This document shows, piece by piece, positions 23,901-35,226 of a stretch of 64,000 nucleotides of DNA (position 1 is its first letter; each line of letters opens with the position of its first letter). Origin of the DNA: Octopus sinensis (lineage: Eukaryota); NCBI RefSeq assembly GCF_006345805.1, contig NC_043001.1:30442001-30506000 (forward strand). Reading direction: 5' to 3'. A program made the translations under genes and the position numbers. The notes below the pieces were generated by a model. It ran no database searches and was not told the DNA's origin. It saw only the letters and a list, made by a program, of their open reading frames with translations.

Positions 23901-26720
23901 TTTGTAATGTAAATAAAATGTTTCCATTGTCTTGAAATATTTTTCCAGTGAACATTAGTCATTTTGTTTGTGGTTCTGCTTTTTGTGTTTAGCCTTGCCT
24001 ATGCCCGGATATCAAGAGGAGAACTGAGTGACACAGAAATTCAAATGGCTAAATTTAAAATCCCCAAAAATCCTTCTTCAAACAAAGATAACCATGTAGT
24101 CCTTCACAGACATGAAGATGTGCCTGAGTATCAACGTTTCTCAAGAAAGTACGTAAAAGAGTAAATTCTATATTTTTGTTTCTTTCTAAGTAAAACTTTT
24201 AATTTTAATTCTAATTGCAATCCTATAATTGATGAATTTCAAAGTTGTTCACATACATCTTCTGTACTCAGAGATTTGTAAACAATCAATTTTTTTTTTC
24301 TTTTCCATTTGCTCATATATAAGTCTTATTATGTCAGTTCATTTTAAATATTACATGAGTCACATTGTCTGAGTTGGATTATTGTTCATGCGTAGAAGGA
24401 TGGATGTGGGAACAACATCAGAATTGATATAATGAGGGTTAGAGAGAGCTCCATCAACATATGTAAGCAGGTAGTCTATGTCAGACATTTACATGGCAAA
24501 CTTGGTTTGAATGCTTTACAAAACGTCAAATGCAATGCTTCCATGAAATTTCTAAAGGGCAAGGGTTTATTAGTAAGTAACAAAGGAGAGGAGCAGGGCC
24601 CCATTAGATTTGGCTTTATGAAAGTTGTGCTAGTGGTCATTAAGGAGTGAGACAGAATCAAAGTGTTGGAGAGCTGGTTGTTAATGGCTGTTGCTTATCA
24701 CTTTTTTTAGAAAGCAATAAATCAGTAGTTGACAAGGTAAAAGTAGTTACCCTTCATGAAAATCAGGTGCACTGTAGGGTCTTTTCAAAGAGTGAGATAT
24801 ATTCCAAGGGTGGGGAAGAGACATTGATGGTCAGTATGAGAATAGAGGCTAACTGTGGGTTTAATTATTTGAGAGCAATAGAAGGATCATTGTCAGATAC
24901 AGTGTGACCATGGCGATTTGAAGTAAATACAGGTCTTTTCACACTTGGTGTATGTATGTGTGCATGATACACTTGGTAGAGTGGAGAGGAATGATTCTGG
25001 AGGCACATGGCCTAGTGGTTAGAGCAGCGGACTTGCGGTCGAGGGATCGTGGGTTCGAATCTCAGACCGGGCGATGTGTATGTTTATGAGCGAAAACACC
25101 TAGGCTCCATGCGGCTCCAGCAGAAGGTAATGGCGAACTTCTGCTGACTCTTTCACCACAACTTTCTCTCACTCTTTCCTCCTGCATCTTACAGCTCACC
25201 TGTGACGGACCGGCGTCCTGTACAGGTGGGGAACCTATATGCTAAGAAACTGGGAAACCGGCCCTTATGAGCCAGGCATGGCTCGAGAAGGAACAAAAGA
25301 AAAAGAGGGATGATTCTGGAGAAGATTTACCCAATAGGTGCCATGTTAAGTTGGATGCAAAGCAAGCTGCAAATGGAGTGGGTTTTTTTCACTATGAAAG
25401 TACTGCTTACAACACCAATGTAGTTGTGAAGGGAAAGAGAAGGAGGAAGATTCTACAAAGTTGGGAGAGATGCTTTTGGTTAAAGGCCAAAATGATTGGC
25501 TGTTGTTTGGGAAATGACACAACTTGTGGGCTGTGTGAGGCAGTAAAAGCTGTCCAGCTTGTTGGATGGTTTTCTCCAAATGTTGTGGGCCATCTTCTTT
25601 GCTCAAGAGTGAGCCATTTCAAAGATTTGGGTTTATGTATTTTGGTTGTTTGTGGAATGTGCAAGGACACACCCAAGAGGATGGTTTTAATTACCTGAAT
25701 GTGATGGAGTGTTTTGCATAGCATGTGAATGTGTAGTAAAACAGTAGTCAGACAGTTTTGTAGGTGTAGAGATGGCGTTTGTTTAGTAAAACTGGTTTTG
25801 GAGGTGAGAAAGAAATCCTGGGTGTATGGAATAATAGTAATTAACTAATACTAGCAATTTGATTTTGCTCTCAATATTTCTCTTGGTGTAAGGTGGCATG
25901 CTGGCAGAAATGTTAGCATGCCAGGCAAAATGCTTAGCAGTATTTCATTCATCTTTATTTTCTGAGATCAAATTCTGCCAAGGTTGACTTTGCCTTTCAT
26001 CCTTTCAAGGTCAATAAAATATGTACCAGTTTATCACTGGGGTTGATGTAATCAACTTACCCTGCTCCACCCAAATTGCTGGCCTTGTGCCAAAATTTGA
26101 AACCAGTACTTCTTTGTGATGCTTTGTAAGATACATAATTTTGAATGTTCTTAACCTTTTAACATTCAGATTATTCTGGCAAATGTAATGCTCGTTTTGG
26201 TCACATTGTTTTGAATTAATTATGCATTATCTCATAACTTCAAGATTTCAATGATGAGATCATTCATTTTTTAAATGTTATTATTGAGTAGGTGTTTGAA
26301 TATTAAACAGGTATAATATACAGGCCAAATATGGCTGGTTTAAATGCTTATGGGTTAAATATGAATGTAATTTGTGCTTTTAAGCTCTTTAATATGTTTC
26401 TATTTTCTATAATACTGTTAACCAATGCAGTTTTCTCTACAACTCATAAGTTACAGATTCACATTTGAACAGTTAATATTCTCTTTAGCTATCATTAAGA
26501 GCCTGTTGAATTTTAGGTGTGCTTATAGATTTCTCTTATATTCATATTCCAAAAATATACTTGTGTGTGTGTATGTTTAAATATTGTCAGAATTGTTTGC
26601 TATTGCATTAAATGTTTAAAAACTTTACCTTGCAGATTTGGTCATTATTACCCAGCTGCAGCTCCATCTGGTCAAAGTGAACAGCTGTACCAAATGGCAA
26701 CACCAAAATATTTTGTTTGA
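1671..26720 (+). CDS. CWH43: PGAP2-interacting protein / CWH43 (GPI lipid remodelling), 5'-partial, 12 exons
   Basis: join(1671-2085,5026-5162,9336-9572,11475-11546,12252-12322,13589-13691,14996-15131,15414-15478,18707-18848,22483-22632,23993-24148,26636-26720). All introns GT-AG, phases consistent, TGA at 26718-26720. Recognised motifs [93 protein letters not shown]. Confidence 0.96.
2633..2938 (+). mobile_element. tRNA-headed SINE, gggggtctc-tail variant
   Basis: Same family as 29688-30027 and 45489-45817. Confidence 0.75.
3228..3393. mobile_element. Tc1/mariner-pogo-like MITE
   Basis: ~28-bp imperfect TIRs, TA at both ends. Confidence 0.75.
3890..4420 (-). mobile_element. RTE-like LINE fragment
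   Basis: Minus frame gives ...[37 protein letters not shown]...; decayed. Confidence 0.65.
5026..5162 (+). CDS. CWH43: CWH43 exon
   Basis: ttttcag|G; [45 protein letters not shown]; A|gtaagt. Confidence 0.92.
5914..6516 (+). mobile_element. Probable non-autonomous Helitron
   Basis: A|TCTATTATATAAAA 5' end like the other two; CTAG|T at 6513-6517 but no clear hairpin, so 3' end uncertain. Confidence 0.45.
7141..8270 (+). mobile_element. Penelope-like retroelement RT fragment (frameshifted)
   Basis: 7322-8270 encodes [73 protein letters not shown], typical of PLE RTs. 7141-7240 is a possible terminal-repeat piece ending in CTGATG. Cut off at the 3' side by an RTE-type 3' module. Confidence 0.85.
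7243..7320. repeat. Compound alternating purine-pyrimidine microsatellite (TA/TG/CG)
   Basis: Directly visible, includes a run of about 7 CG dinucleotides. Confidence 0.9.
8607..8990. repeat. Degenerate (TA)n/(TATG)n array, about 380 bp
   Basis: Directly visible; source of spurious I/Y-rich ORFs. Confidence 0.95.
9099..9138 (-). ncRNA. Minimal type I hammerhead ribozyme candidate (Penelope-type)
   Basis: Minus strand CCA-CUGAUGA-G-GUCAC-agaagu-GUGAC-GAAA-G-aa-CU-C-UGG: intact core, 3-bp stem I, 5-bp stem II, 2-bp stem III, CUC triplet. Confidence 0.7.
9336..9572 (+). CDS. CWH43: CWH43 exon
   Basis: ttttcag|GT; [17 protein letters not shown]...[18 protein letters not shown]...; G|gtaaat. 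Confidence 0.95.
9679..9910 (-). mobile_element. tRNA-headed SINE family C
   Basis: Head aggcggcgagctggcag..gagttcgaattcc, core gcctttcatcctttcggggtcg; further copies near 16965, 25895, 49765. Confidence 0.8.
11475..11546 (+). CDS. CWH43: CWH43 exon
   Basis: cttcag|GT; [24 protein letters not shown]; G|gtaggc; phases fit both neighbours. Confidence 0.85.
12252..12322 (+). CDS. CWH43: CWH43 exon
   Basis: ttttag|CA; [24 protein letters not shown]; |gtaagt. Confidence 0.9.
12740..13090 (+). mobile_element. RTE-like LINE 3' ORF fragment
   Basis: Degenerate [19 protein letters not shown]...[10 protein letters not shown]-terminal pattern. Confidence 0.55.
13589..13691 (+). CDS. CWH43: CWH43 exon
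   Basis: aatag|CCA; [34 protein letters not shown]; C|gtaagt. Confidence 0.95.
14996..15131 (+). CDS. CWH43: CWH43 exon
   Basis: ttgtag|AT; [46 protein letters not shown]; GG|gtaggt. Confidence 0.95.
15414..15478 (+). CDS. CWH43: CWH43 exon
   Basis: aaacag|A; [22 protein letters not shown]; G|gtaagt. Confidence 0.95.
15655..15910 (-). mobile_element. SINE family C
   Basis: Near-identical to 9679-9910. Confidence 0.8.
16153..16373. mobile_element. piggyBac-like MITE family A
   Basis: TTAA|CCCTTTAG...CTAAAGGG|TTAA, 221 bp. Confidence 0.85.
16558..16944 (-). mobile_element. SINE family D head with (AAAC)n tail
   Basis: Same head as 56235, different 3' body. Confidence 0.8.
17772..17991. mobile_element. 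piggyBac-like MITE family A
   Basis: TTAA|CCCTTTAG...CTAAAGGG|TTAA, 220 bp. Confidence 0.85.
18059..18477 (-). mobile_element. SINE family A, full length
   Basis: Reverse complement of 574-956. Confidence 0.85.
18707..18848 (+). CDS. CWH43: CWH43 exon
   Basis: ttatag|GT; [46 protein letters not shown]; AG|gtgagt. Confidence 0.95.
19883..20188. mobile_element. hAT-like MITE inserted into an RTE-type 3' module
   Basis: Ends cagggctggtcaa / ttggccaggcttg with gcctgctggccacatgtggcctgc subterminal motif; no TSD found. Confidence 0.6.
21250..22200 (-). mobile_element. RTE LINE RT C-terminal fragment
   Basis: Track ORF 21558..22076: [43 protein letters not shown]. Confidence 0.85.
22483..22632 (+). 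CDS. CWH43: CWH43 exon
   Basis: ttacag|T; [19 protein letters not shown]...[20 protein letters not shown]; CG|gtatga. Confidence 0.95.
23993..24148 (+). CDS. CWH43: CWH43 exon
   Basis: gtttag|C; [27 protein letters not shown]...YQRFSR; AA|gtacgt. Confidence 0.95.
24360..25850 (-). mobile_element. Old non-LTR retrotransposon remnant split by a SINE
   Basis: [29 protein letters not shown] resembles the pre-RT region of Jockey/CR1-group LINEs; many stops; SINE inserted at 25001-25303. Confidence 0.5.
25001..25303 (+). mobile_element. SINE family D head with alternative tail, TSD
   Basis: Same head; flanked by agagg(a/g)atgattctgg duplication. Confidence 0.85.
26155..26354. mobile_element. piggyBac-like MITE family A (diverged)
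   Basis: TTAA flanks, internal similarity to 16153-16373. Confidence 0.7.
26636..26720 (+). CDS. CWH43: CWH43 terminal coding exon
   Basis: ttgcag|A; [27 protein letters not shown]; matches the CWH43 C-terminal TPKYF motif. Confidence 0.92.
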
Positions 26721-28585
26721 AAAGTTTTTTTTAAATCTCCATTGTATGGAAATGGGAGTATATTTTTGTGTTTGGGTTATATTTTTTATTATAAAATGGA
26801 TTAGTGCTCTTTATTTTTTCATAAATTTTATATTTTCTTTTCTTTTTTATTTGACAAACATTCAAGCTCTATTAGCATTTTGCATTTTTTTTCCCTTTTT
26901 TTTTCTGTTAATTGTTGTGGAGGAACTTTTGATATACTCTTTTAATATTCACTGGTGAAGCTCAGTTCCTACTGCTATCATTTGTGTTCTTTTATTATAA
27001 CTGATAACAAAAAAATACATCCCTATGATTTACTCCAAAAGCATAATATGATGAAAATAAGATGTACTTTTATCATAATTATTTATAATGTGATGTGTTA
27101 CTTCTACAGAATATTTATTACATGTAATTGTTTGAGTGGTGTTCTGATTAAGCTTTTGTGTTACAGAAAAGAGGGCTAATTTATATGTTTACAGCTCCTA
27201 AAGTGATAAATGTAAGTGTAGCTTTTTTATAGCTATTGGAACTTATTTCCACCAAAAAGAAAGACAAAGCTTGCCAAAGATTATCATTTTTTTTTTATAA
27301 AGTTAAAATGTACATTAATTGTTTTTGCTGGATAGCCCTGATTAGATTTGTTTCAAAGTATCTATAGCAAAGACATACTACAGGTTTGCTTGATTGATGC
27401 ATAGGAGTAACTGACAATTGCAGCACCTCTTGCTATGCTAGATAGGTCTGGCATGTGAAATTCAGCATGTGATTACTACATTAGCTATGATCATTTTAGC
27501 TTTATCTATTTTAAAAGTTATAACTTAAAGTTTGTGATCCTCATTTTAAAGACCTCACTGCCCTTGTTGAGGGAGATTTAACTGATATATTGAGCAAGTT
27601 AAACAACTACATAAAAGCTCCTATACTGGCTTGAATATTTTAAGTTAAACTTAAAAATGAATTCATCAGAGGAGGACCAAACTACAACTAGGGCATATAT
27701 CGAGCAGAAATTCTCAAAACCGTAATCTCAAGACTGTAAATCCTAGAAAAGTTGTCTTTCATGATGCACTCTTGCTTCCTTTTGAATGTTTGGTTGGATG
27801 AAAGTGTATCATTATGGAAATGTAAATATATATATATATATTATTATGGATCTGATTTGTAAAGAAATGGAAATTGTCAAAGTTGCACATTCAACTATAG
27901 AACTGATATATTCTTGCCAGGTGAACTCTTTTGGAGTAATGCTCTCAAAAGATTTTAAATGAAAAACTAAATCTATTTAATGTCTTAAATCAAAATATAT
28001 TTTTATATATTCATTATATATATATATATCAGGTTGGTATTAAAGCAAGTCTTTTAACTTTTTGAATGAAAAGGCTTGATTGGGTTTTATTTACTCTAGA
28101 TATTCTGAAAACTACACCTTTATCCTGTTTGTATCAGGTGTAATATATATGATGAGAGTAGATTTTGATTATAAAATTTTTTTTTTAAATCTCCTAAATT
28201 TTGTGAAAATCAATTTTTAAATATATTTTGGACAAATTACAAGAAATATTTTCAGTGTTATAACACTAAAATGAAAAGCAAACAAACAATATAACTTAGA
28301 TATCACACACCGGTAAGGAATATTCAGTCTTTTACTGAGAATTGAAACTGGTTAAGTTAGTACTGGCCCTTTAGTCCAAAGAGTCAGTTATTTGTATTCT
28401 ATCATCTCCACTATACAGTGTCCTTGGCCCAGTCTACCTTGCCATAAAATAAGTGCCATGAGAAGGTATAGTTCACTTTTATATGCAGTAGGGATTTTGA
28501 TGATTTGCTTTGTTGAGTTATAGTGCTAAGCTCTGATCTTCCTCTGAATAGGTAAAAGCAGCCAATGGAGAGTGTCCTCTTTTAA

Positions 28586-28800
28586 CCCTTTTGTTACTGT
28601 ATTTATTTTGAGATGCTCTGTGTTTCTTTCAATTACTTTAACTATAAGAAAGAATTTAGTAAAATAACATCGTTATCATTGAGCTAGGAACATAAATTGT
28701 GACTAAGATTTGGTGGAAATTTTGAATTCAAAACTTATGAAAACAAGACATTTATACTAAAGAGCCAGAGCCGGTTTCAGCCGGGTTGGTAACGAAAGGG
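28586..28800. mobile_element. piggyBac-like MITE family B
   Basis: TTAA|CCCTTTTGTTAC...GTAACGAAAGGG|TTAA; partial copy at 20425-20585. Confidence 0.85.
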
Positions 28801-29687
28801 TTAAATAACTGCATGAAGAGGGAGTTGACAATGGTATTTGTATTTCTTGAATTCTTTTTAAAGGGGCGTAATTTCACTGTGTGATATTACATTACTTGGC
28901 TTACCAGCTAATTAGTTGAATAAAAGGGAAACTAAATCATTAAAATTAAACTGTTTAATTTTACTGAAATTAGCTTATTAATTGTTACTTTTCTTTGTTG
29001 GAAGCATTTTTACACAGTTTTTTTTTTCTTTTGTTCTTCTTGAGACCTGATTTTATTCAACAGGTTGTAAATAAATATGAGAAGAGATTTGATAATTATA
29101 TTTCAGTTTTATATTCATATATTTTTGTGAGAGTAAAACATCATTTTCCCTGATATTATTTATGGCAGATAAGTACAAGAATGCCTTGAATCTTTTGATT
29201 CTCCATTCAACCAATGGATTATGGAATGTCTCTTATAGCATTTCATTAACTGCTTTACTTTACAATACCATCAGAGGATATTAAACATTTTATTAATTGC
29301 TTTTCTGTTAACAAGGTCAGAAAATATTTAACATTTTGTCATTTGCTTAATAACAACTGGAACTAGTGAAAAGTTTCCAATATATTGTGGTATCAAACAA
29401 ATCTAACCTTTTATATGCTTGGAATTCTTGGTAATTTTTTAAAAAACATGTGAATTTGCAAAAGGAATTTTGTTAACTAAATAGTCCTATAAAAATAAAA
29501 TATATATTGTTATCTATTTTGTGTTGCAATAAACCTTTTTCAGCTAATTTGATGCACTTGTAATTATTACAGATGCCTGAATGAATGTTTGAATATTTTT
29601 ATAATTTTTTGAGGTATGAAGACAGTTTTGTACAAGTAAGCTCTAGCCATTTAACCCCTTAGCATTCATCTTTTTCTGTCAAATATC

Positions 29688-30027
29688 GAGACCCCCGTCA
29701 GTCACGACACTGACCATGGGATTGCACCTAGAAAGTTACCCTCCTAGTCACAAGTCTGGGCAAGGTTGTTTATGGAAGACCAGCAGTCGCCCATGCATAC
29801 CGGCCTCCCCTCTCCATGCCACCAGTGTTATCCGAAGGAAAGGCAAAGGTGCCGATGCAGCTTGGCACCTGTGACGTCGCAACTCATTTCTACAGCTGAG
29901 TTAACTGGAGCAACGTGAAATAAAGTGTCTTGCTCAAGAACACAACACGCAGCCCGGTCCGGGATTCGAGCTCACAACCTCACGATCGTAAGCTCGATGC
30001 TCTAACCACTGAGCTATGTGCCTTCAC
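29688..30027 (-). mobile_element. tRNA-headed SINE, gggggtctc-tail variant
   Basis: Reverse complement of 2633-2938. Confidence 0.75.
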
Positions 30028-30234
30028 AATATAATGCTTATTTATATAATCAAATAATATAGTCAAATATAATGCTTATTTATTCACATTGATATGAATT
30101 GGTCATGTACTACCTTGTAGCTTTGTAACTTATTTTCTTTAGGCATAGGCCTAGGAGCAGCTGATCTACCATAGCTATATACATATGCCCAGGGGCTAAA
30201 CATCAACCTCAGTGTCTTCAATATTGCAGGCTTC

Positions 30235-30390
30235 ACTGTTGAGGAATATTTGAAGGATCATGATGAGATCACGTGGTCGTTAGCCTCAAATCGCCAGGTC
30301 TGGTCGGCGTTTGTGAGAGATGCAGCATTGAGGATGAATGAAGCCAGCTCAACTCACCCCGGGTGAATGCTGTCTTAAGTCAAGTCAAAG
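30235..30390 (+). mobile_element. RTE-type LINE extreme 3' end
   Basis: W..LASNRQVW C-terminus followed by a (caagt)-type tail. Confidence 0.5.
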
Positions 30391-30483
30391 CTTCACTGTT
30401 GAAAATTGCTAGATTGAAATTGTATACATTTAAAATATCTTCATGTCCTGAATCATCAGACTATCAACATTTGATTTACCATA

Positions 30484-30997
30484 TCTATATATATAAAACT
30501 GTAGTTGTGTGAGTGTCTGTCTTCTACGATTTAGATTCCTAACTCCTCCCACATTTTGCGGTGCAGTTTAACCAAATTTGGGTATCTTATAGTCGTGATT
30601 AATATAGAGCCCGTTTGGCTATTAGCGCGCGTCTACGATGAGTCTACGATTTAAAAAATAATTTAACATCATTTTTTATTCCATTTTAATGCATAATTTT
30701 TCGTGTGTCGATGGCGGCGGAGTTGGCGTCCACGCTCAAACACCTGCACCTGTGTTTGCTTCTCCCCCTTCTTCTCTCCCTCGTGAAGCTGTGGGGAAGG
30801 GAGTTTAAGGAAATCAACGTCGTAATGCATTGTCAAGGAGACCAGCGTTCTTTTAGAACGACTTCATGGCTTGAAGACACCAAAACAGAAATGGCTAAGA
30901 AAGCCCGAATTGGCATCTATAAAGGAAGTAACTCTCTAAAAATGCTTATATAGTTATTTCCCTTACAAACCCAAGCAACGCCGGGCGATACTGCTAG
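30484..30997 (+). mobile_element. Non-autonomous Helitron
   Basis: A|TCTATATATATAAAA 5' end, subterminal hairpin cccaagcaacgccggg, CTAG|T 3' end, no TSD. Confidence 0.85.
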
Positions 30998-31334
30998 TAT
31001 AATCTAAAGTTTTGATCTCTCTGATTAAAAATATTTCTAGTTATAGTAATAGTTGTGGTCACCGTCTATTATATCATAATGACACTAGCCATCTCCAGTG
31101 GATATATCAAAAAGTTAATAAAGTTTTAAACTGAATGTAGAAAATGTATGTCACCGTGGCAACTAAAAGGTTAATCAACAAGCATTCCCATTCATGACTA
31201 AATCTTTACAAAAGAACCTGTATGTCACTATCTCAAAGTTTATATCATCACTGGTTTAGCATCCACTTAACCATAGAAATAGTTAAGGTAAATTTTTTTA
31301 TAGTTGGATGTTTTTCCTGTTGCCATTGCTCACC

Positions 31335-31614
31335 TTGGACAAATGTCTTCTACTATAGCCTCTGACCAAAGCCTTGTGAGTGGATTTGGTAGACAGAAAG
31401 TGAAAAAAGCCCATTGAATATATATATATATATATATACACTTGTGTTCCTCCCTACCACCATCGCTTGACAATCGATGTTGGTGTGTTTACATCCCTGT
31501 AACTTAAAGCTTTGGCAAAAGTGACTGATAGAATAAGTGCTAGGGTCGATCTGTTCAACTAGAGGTGGTGCTCCAGCATGGCCGCAGTCAAATTACTGAA
31601 ACAAGTAAAAGAAC
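31335..31614 (+). mobile_element. SINE family A, 5'-truncated
   Basis: Similarity to 574-956. Confidence 0.75.
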
Positions 31615-31799
31615 ATATATATATATACATATGTATATGCAGACGAGTAAGCTGAAATGTCAACCTTGTAAAATTTTAATAAGCATTTACTCTACAAAAA
31701 AAAGTATTCAGTAATCCTTTGGTTTAATGTTAAATTGTTTTTATATACAGCTCAACATAAGAACATATATAAATATGTCTATATATGTATGTGTAAGAT

Positions 31800-32650
31800 G
31801 TATGGGAGTCATAAAACCCAAAGATACACAGGAAACCTCTTTCCTTGAATGTCCCAGTGGTTCTCTGGAATTGTAGATAAGTTTTGCTACCTAGATAACA
31901 TAAGTAGCAGTGGAGGAGGTTGTTCAGAAAGTGTACTTGCTAGAATAAGATGGAAAAAGTTCTGACAGCTTTTGCCTCTGTTGGCAACCAATGGTCTCTC
32001 TCTCTCTCTCTCTAATTAAAGGGAAGATTGTATGCAGTATGGTAGTGATACATGGACCCTGAATGCAAAGGACATACAAAGGCAAGAGTGGTACAAAGCT
32101 AGTATGCTTTGCTGGTTGTGCAATGTCAGTACTGGTGTAATAAGAGTGATGTTGGGCATAAGAGGAATTATATGCAGTGTGCAAGAGAGGGGACTGTGCT
32201 GGTGTGGTTATATGATGCGGATGGATGCCGACAGTTGCTTTATGAAATACTGATCACTTAAAGTAGAAGGAAGTTGTGGAAGAGGAAGACATGGGATGAA
32301 GTATTGAAGGCTAATCTCAAAATGATGAGCCTTACAAAGGAGATGACAGGACCAAGATATTGTGGCAGATTGCTGTACTCAAGAAGACCTGCTTACCACA
32401 ACAGAATTGAGATCCTAGAATCAAGGTGCCACATAAAAAGCATGGGTGTAGATGCTGGTGTCATATAAAAAGCATTGGTGATGGTGCCATGTAAAAAGTA
32501 CCCAGTACACTCTGCAAAGTGGTTGGCGTTAGGAAGGGCATCCATAGAAACCAAGCTAAAACTATGGAATCTGGCAGCCCTTGACCTTGCCAGTTCCTCT
32601 CAAGCTGTTCAACCTGTGCCAGCATGGAAAATGAATGCTTGATGATGATG

Positions 32651-32655
<5 letters not shown>
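31800..32655 (+). mobile_element. RTE LINE 3' end (ORF C-terminus + 3' UTR + (GAT)n tail)
   Basis: YGSDTWTLNAKD...LCWCGYMMRM..RKTWDEV followed by the ttggcgttaggaagggcatcc...catggaaaa..gatgatgatg module found throughout the window. Confidence 0.75.
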
Positions 32656-32716
<61 letters not shown>

Positions 32717-32896
32717 TATTAGTTATCGCCATACTAATATGGCATTCTTATAAAAATAAGAATAAAGCTGACCGCTTATTAGCTCCATGAGGCCATCGCC
32801 TTAAGTTAGCTATTTGATACACAAACTGTATCCATATAACCTTTGAACAAGGGAGGTCAGTCTTTTAGAGAGACTTAGTAATTTTAATATTTCTAT

Positions 32897-32957
<61 letters not shown>

Positions 32958-33246
32958 AAGAGATAATGATGAAAATAAACAAATAAACATGCTTTGGCAT
33001 GTACATTTCATTTTTCATTTTTTTTCATTTTCATCTAGTTTCAGCTCACGAGCTGTGGCCATGCTGGGGCACCGCCATTCGGTGTTGCTACATGATTTTA
33101 CTTCTCAAATGCTTTTTAGCAATTGACATTTGGTGCATGAGAGAGTTTGATGCAGCTGCCCTTACATACTTATATACATGTAAATATATTTAGGGATACA
33201 TAGAGAGAGAAACAAAAACTGAAAATATTCAGAAGGTAAACATTCA

Positions 33247-33519
33247 GGTACTATTTAAGACGAGTGGTCCCTGTGCACGCACTTGCGTACTCGCACATCC
33301 ACGCTAGTTAGTTGTGACTAGTCAATCCTACAACGACTACCTAGCAAAGTAAATAAAACACAAAATAAATAATTTTTTTACACAAAGTAAATAAAACACA
33401 AAAACACAAATAAGTTTTTAAACAAATTAAATAAAACACAAAGTAAGGATCGACTAGTCACGACTAGCTAGCACGGATTCGCGAGTACGCGAGAGCGCAC
33501 ACTCTTCTTAAATAGTACC
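33247..33519. mobile_element. Long-TIR MITE with 9-bp TSD (Merlin- or Mutator-like)
   Basis: ~85-bp imperfect TIRs starting GGTACTATTTAAGA; TSD aaacattca at 33238-33246 and 33520-33528. Confidence 0.88.
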
Positions 33520-34388
33520 AAACATTCATGTATAAGCATATAGATATTCATATATTTACAGAACAGATTTACAATGAGTACAAAAGATAAGAAGACTAAG
33601 GGGAGAGAGAGCATGGTAATTCAGGCCTGATAGTTGTTTCTTGTGGCTCGGAATTATGTAATAGTTGTAATGTTGGCGGTGTCCCAGCATAGCCGCGGCC
33701 TTCGGGCTAAAACATTTTTAAGGATTTTAAGAATATGCAACCAGTAGTGGATACATATAAACATTACTGTAAATCCAGCGTCTGTCTTGGGGGTGGAGAG
33801 ATTGGCATTTAACATTTCATGTCATAATACAGAGAATTTAAGGGTGGAACAGTTGAAGAAGGTAAATAGAGGTAGGAGGAAGTTGGCTGTTTGGGGGTGA
33901 GGAAAGTGTGGGAGCAGGAAGGGCAAGAGGAGAAGGAGATTGAGAGAAGCAGAAGTGATTTGAAAGGGTGGGATGGGAGTATTGTGAAGGGTGGTGGTGG
34001 TGTTGGGTTTGACAACAGATATTGTTAATCAGGAATGATGGAGGCTATAGAACTGAGAAAAGGAAGCAGGTACAATGAGAGAAGGGCCAGATGGGTCTTG
34101 AAATGAAGGGAAGGGATCTAGTTATAGATGCCAACAAGGAGGTGAAGGGGAAATTCGAAGAATGAAGGGGGGATTGGTGGCAGAGGGAGAATATTGAAGT
34201 AGGTAGGAAGGTATGAGAGTAAACAGAGAAAAGTGGACAAATAGACAGAAAGGGAGGGATAACTTGGTAAACAATGGCAAGGAAAGCTAGGAGGAGGTGC
34301 AGAAGGAATTTCAAGTATGAGAGCCAACAGTATAGGAGGATGTGCTAGATAGGAGGAATGTGTAAAGAGAATCAGTGTGTGTGTATAT

Positions 34389-34419
<31 letters not shown>

Positions 34420-35226
34420 CATACATACATATATATAGGGAAGGTATAAGTAGAAGGGATGTGTTGCTAGCACAACTAACTTGTAATTTAAGGTTGTATC
34501 ATAATTAGGGGAGTTATATTAGATTTTATTTAATAAGGCAAACAATGAATAAAATTTGTGTTTTCATGAAAGGATTACATCTGAGAATTTATTGAGTCAT
34601 GGGGAATTGTGGTGGCAGAGGATGGCAAGCAATTCTCTTACACACAATTTATAAACTCTGAGGTTGATATAGTACAGGTGATTCACAGATAATGAACCAG
34701 GATAGGATGTGTGTGTGTGTGTGTGTATATATATATACCAAATGAGTTAGGGGTTGTGGATCCAACCCTCTAAGGGATAATACTTATCCAATATACTGTT
34801 GGTATAATACCCAAATTATTAATACACAAGTGTTTTTAATTGCAATGCAATGAACTCACTTATTGTATTAAATGGGTGAAGGTAAAGAAATATTTTACCA
34901 TTAATTTATATTACAAATAAGAAAATGGAGAAACACATTAGTTGGTTTATCAGCTTTAGGATATTAGAATGTTTGTTTTATTTAATTAACAGAACTACAA
35001 CCATAATAACATACATATATACAGTATAAAATTCAATACATTTAAGATAAGAATACAAATCGTTATTAAAAAAACATTAATATAAATTGTTATATAGATA
35101 GATAGATAGATCAAAAGTTTGATTCAGACACCTTGGTACTCTGAGTTTCAGGTGTATAGCTAGTCTTTGGGCATTGGGGTCTGAATAAAAGTTTGATTGA
35201 AGAAAGTCAATGTTTATTGCTGGATG

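Noticed and set aside
26638-26958. Track ORF over the last CWH43 exon
   Set aside because: Wrong frame; the spliced frame ends at TGA 26720.
30436-30459. Minus-strand CUGAUGA-UUCA..UGAA hairpin
   Set aside because: GAUA instead of GAAA and no stems I or III; probably chance.
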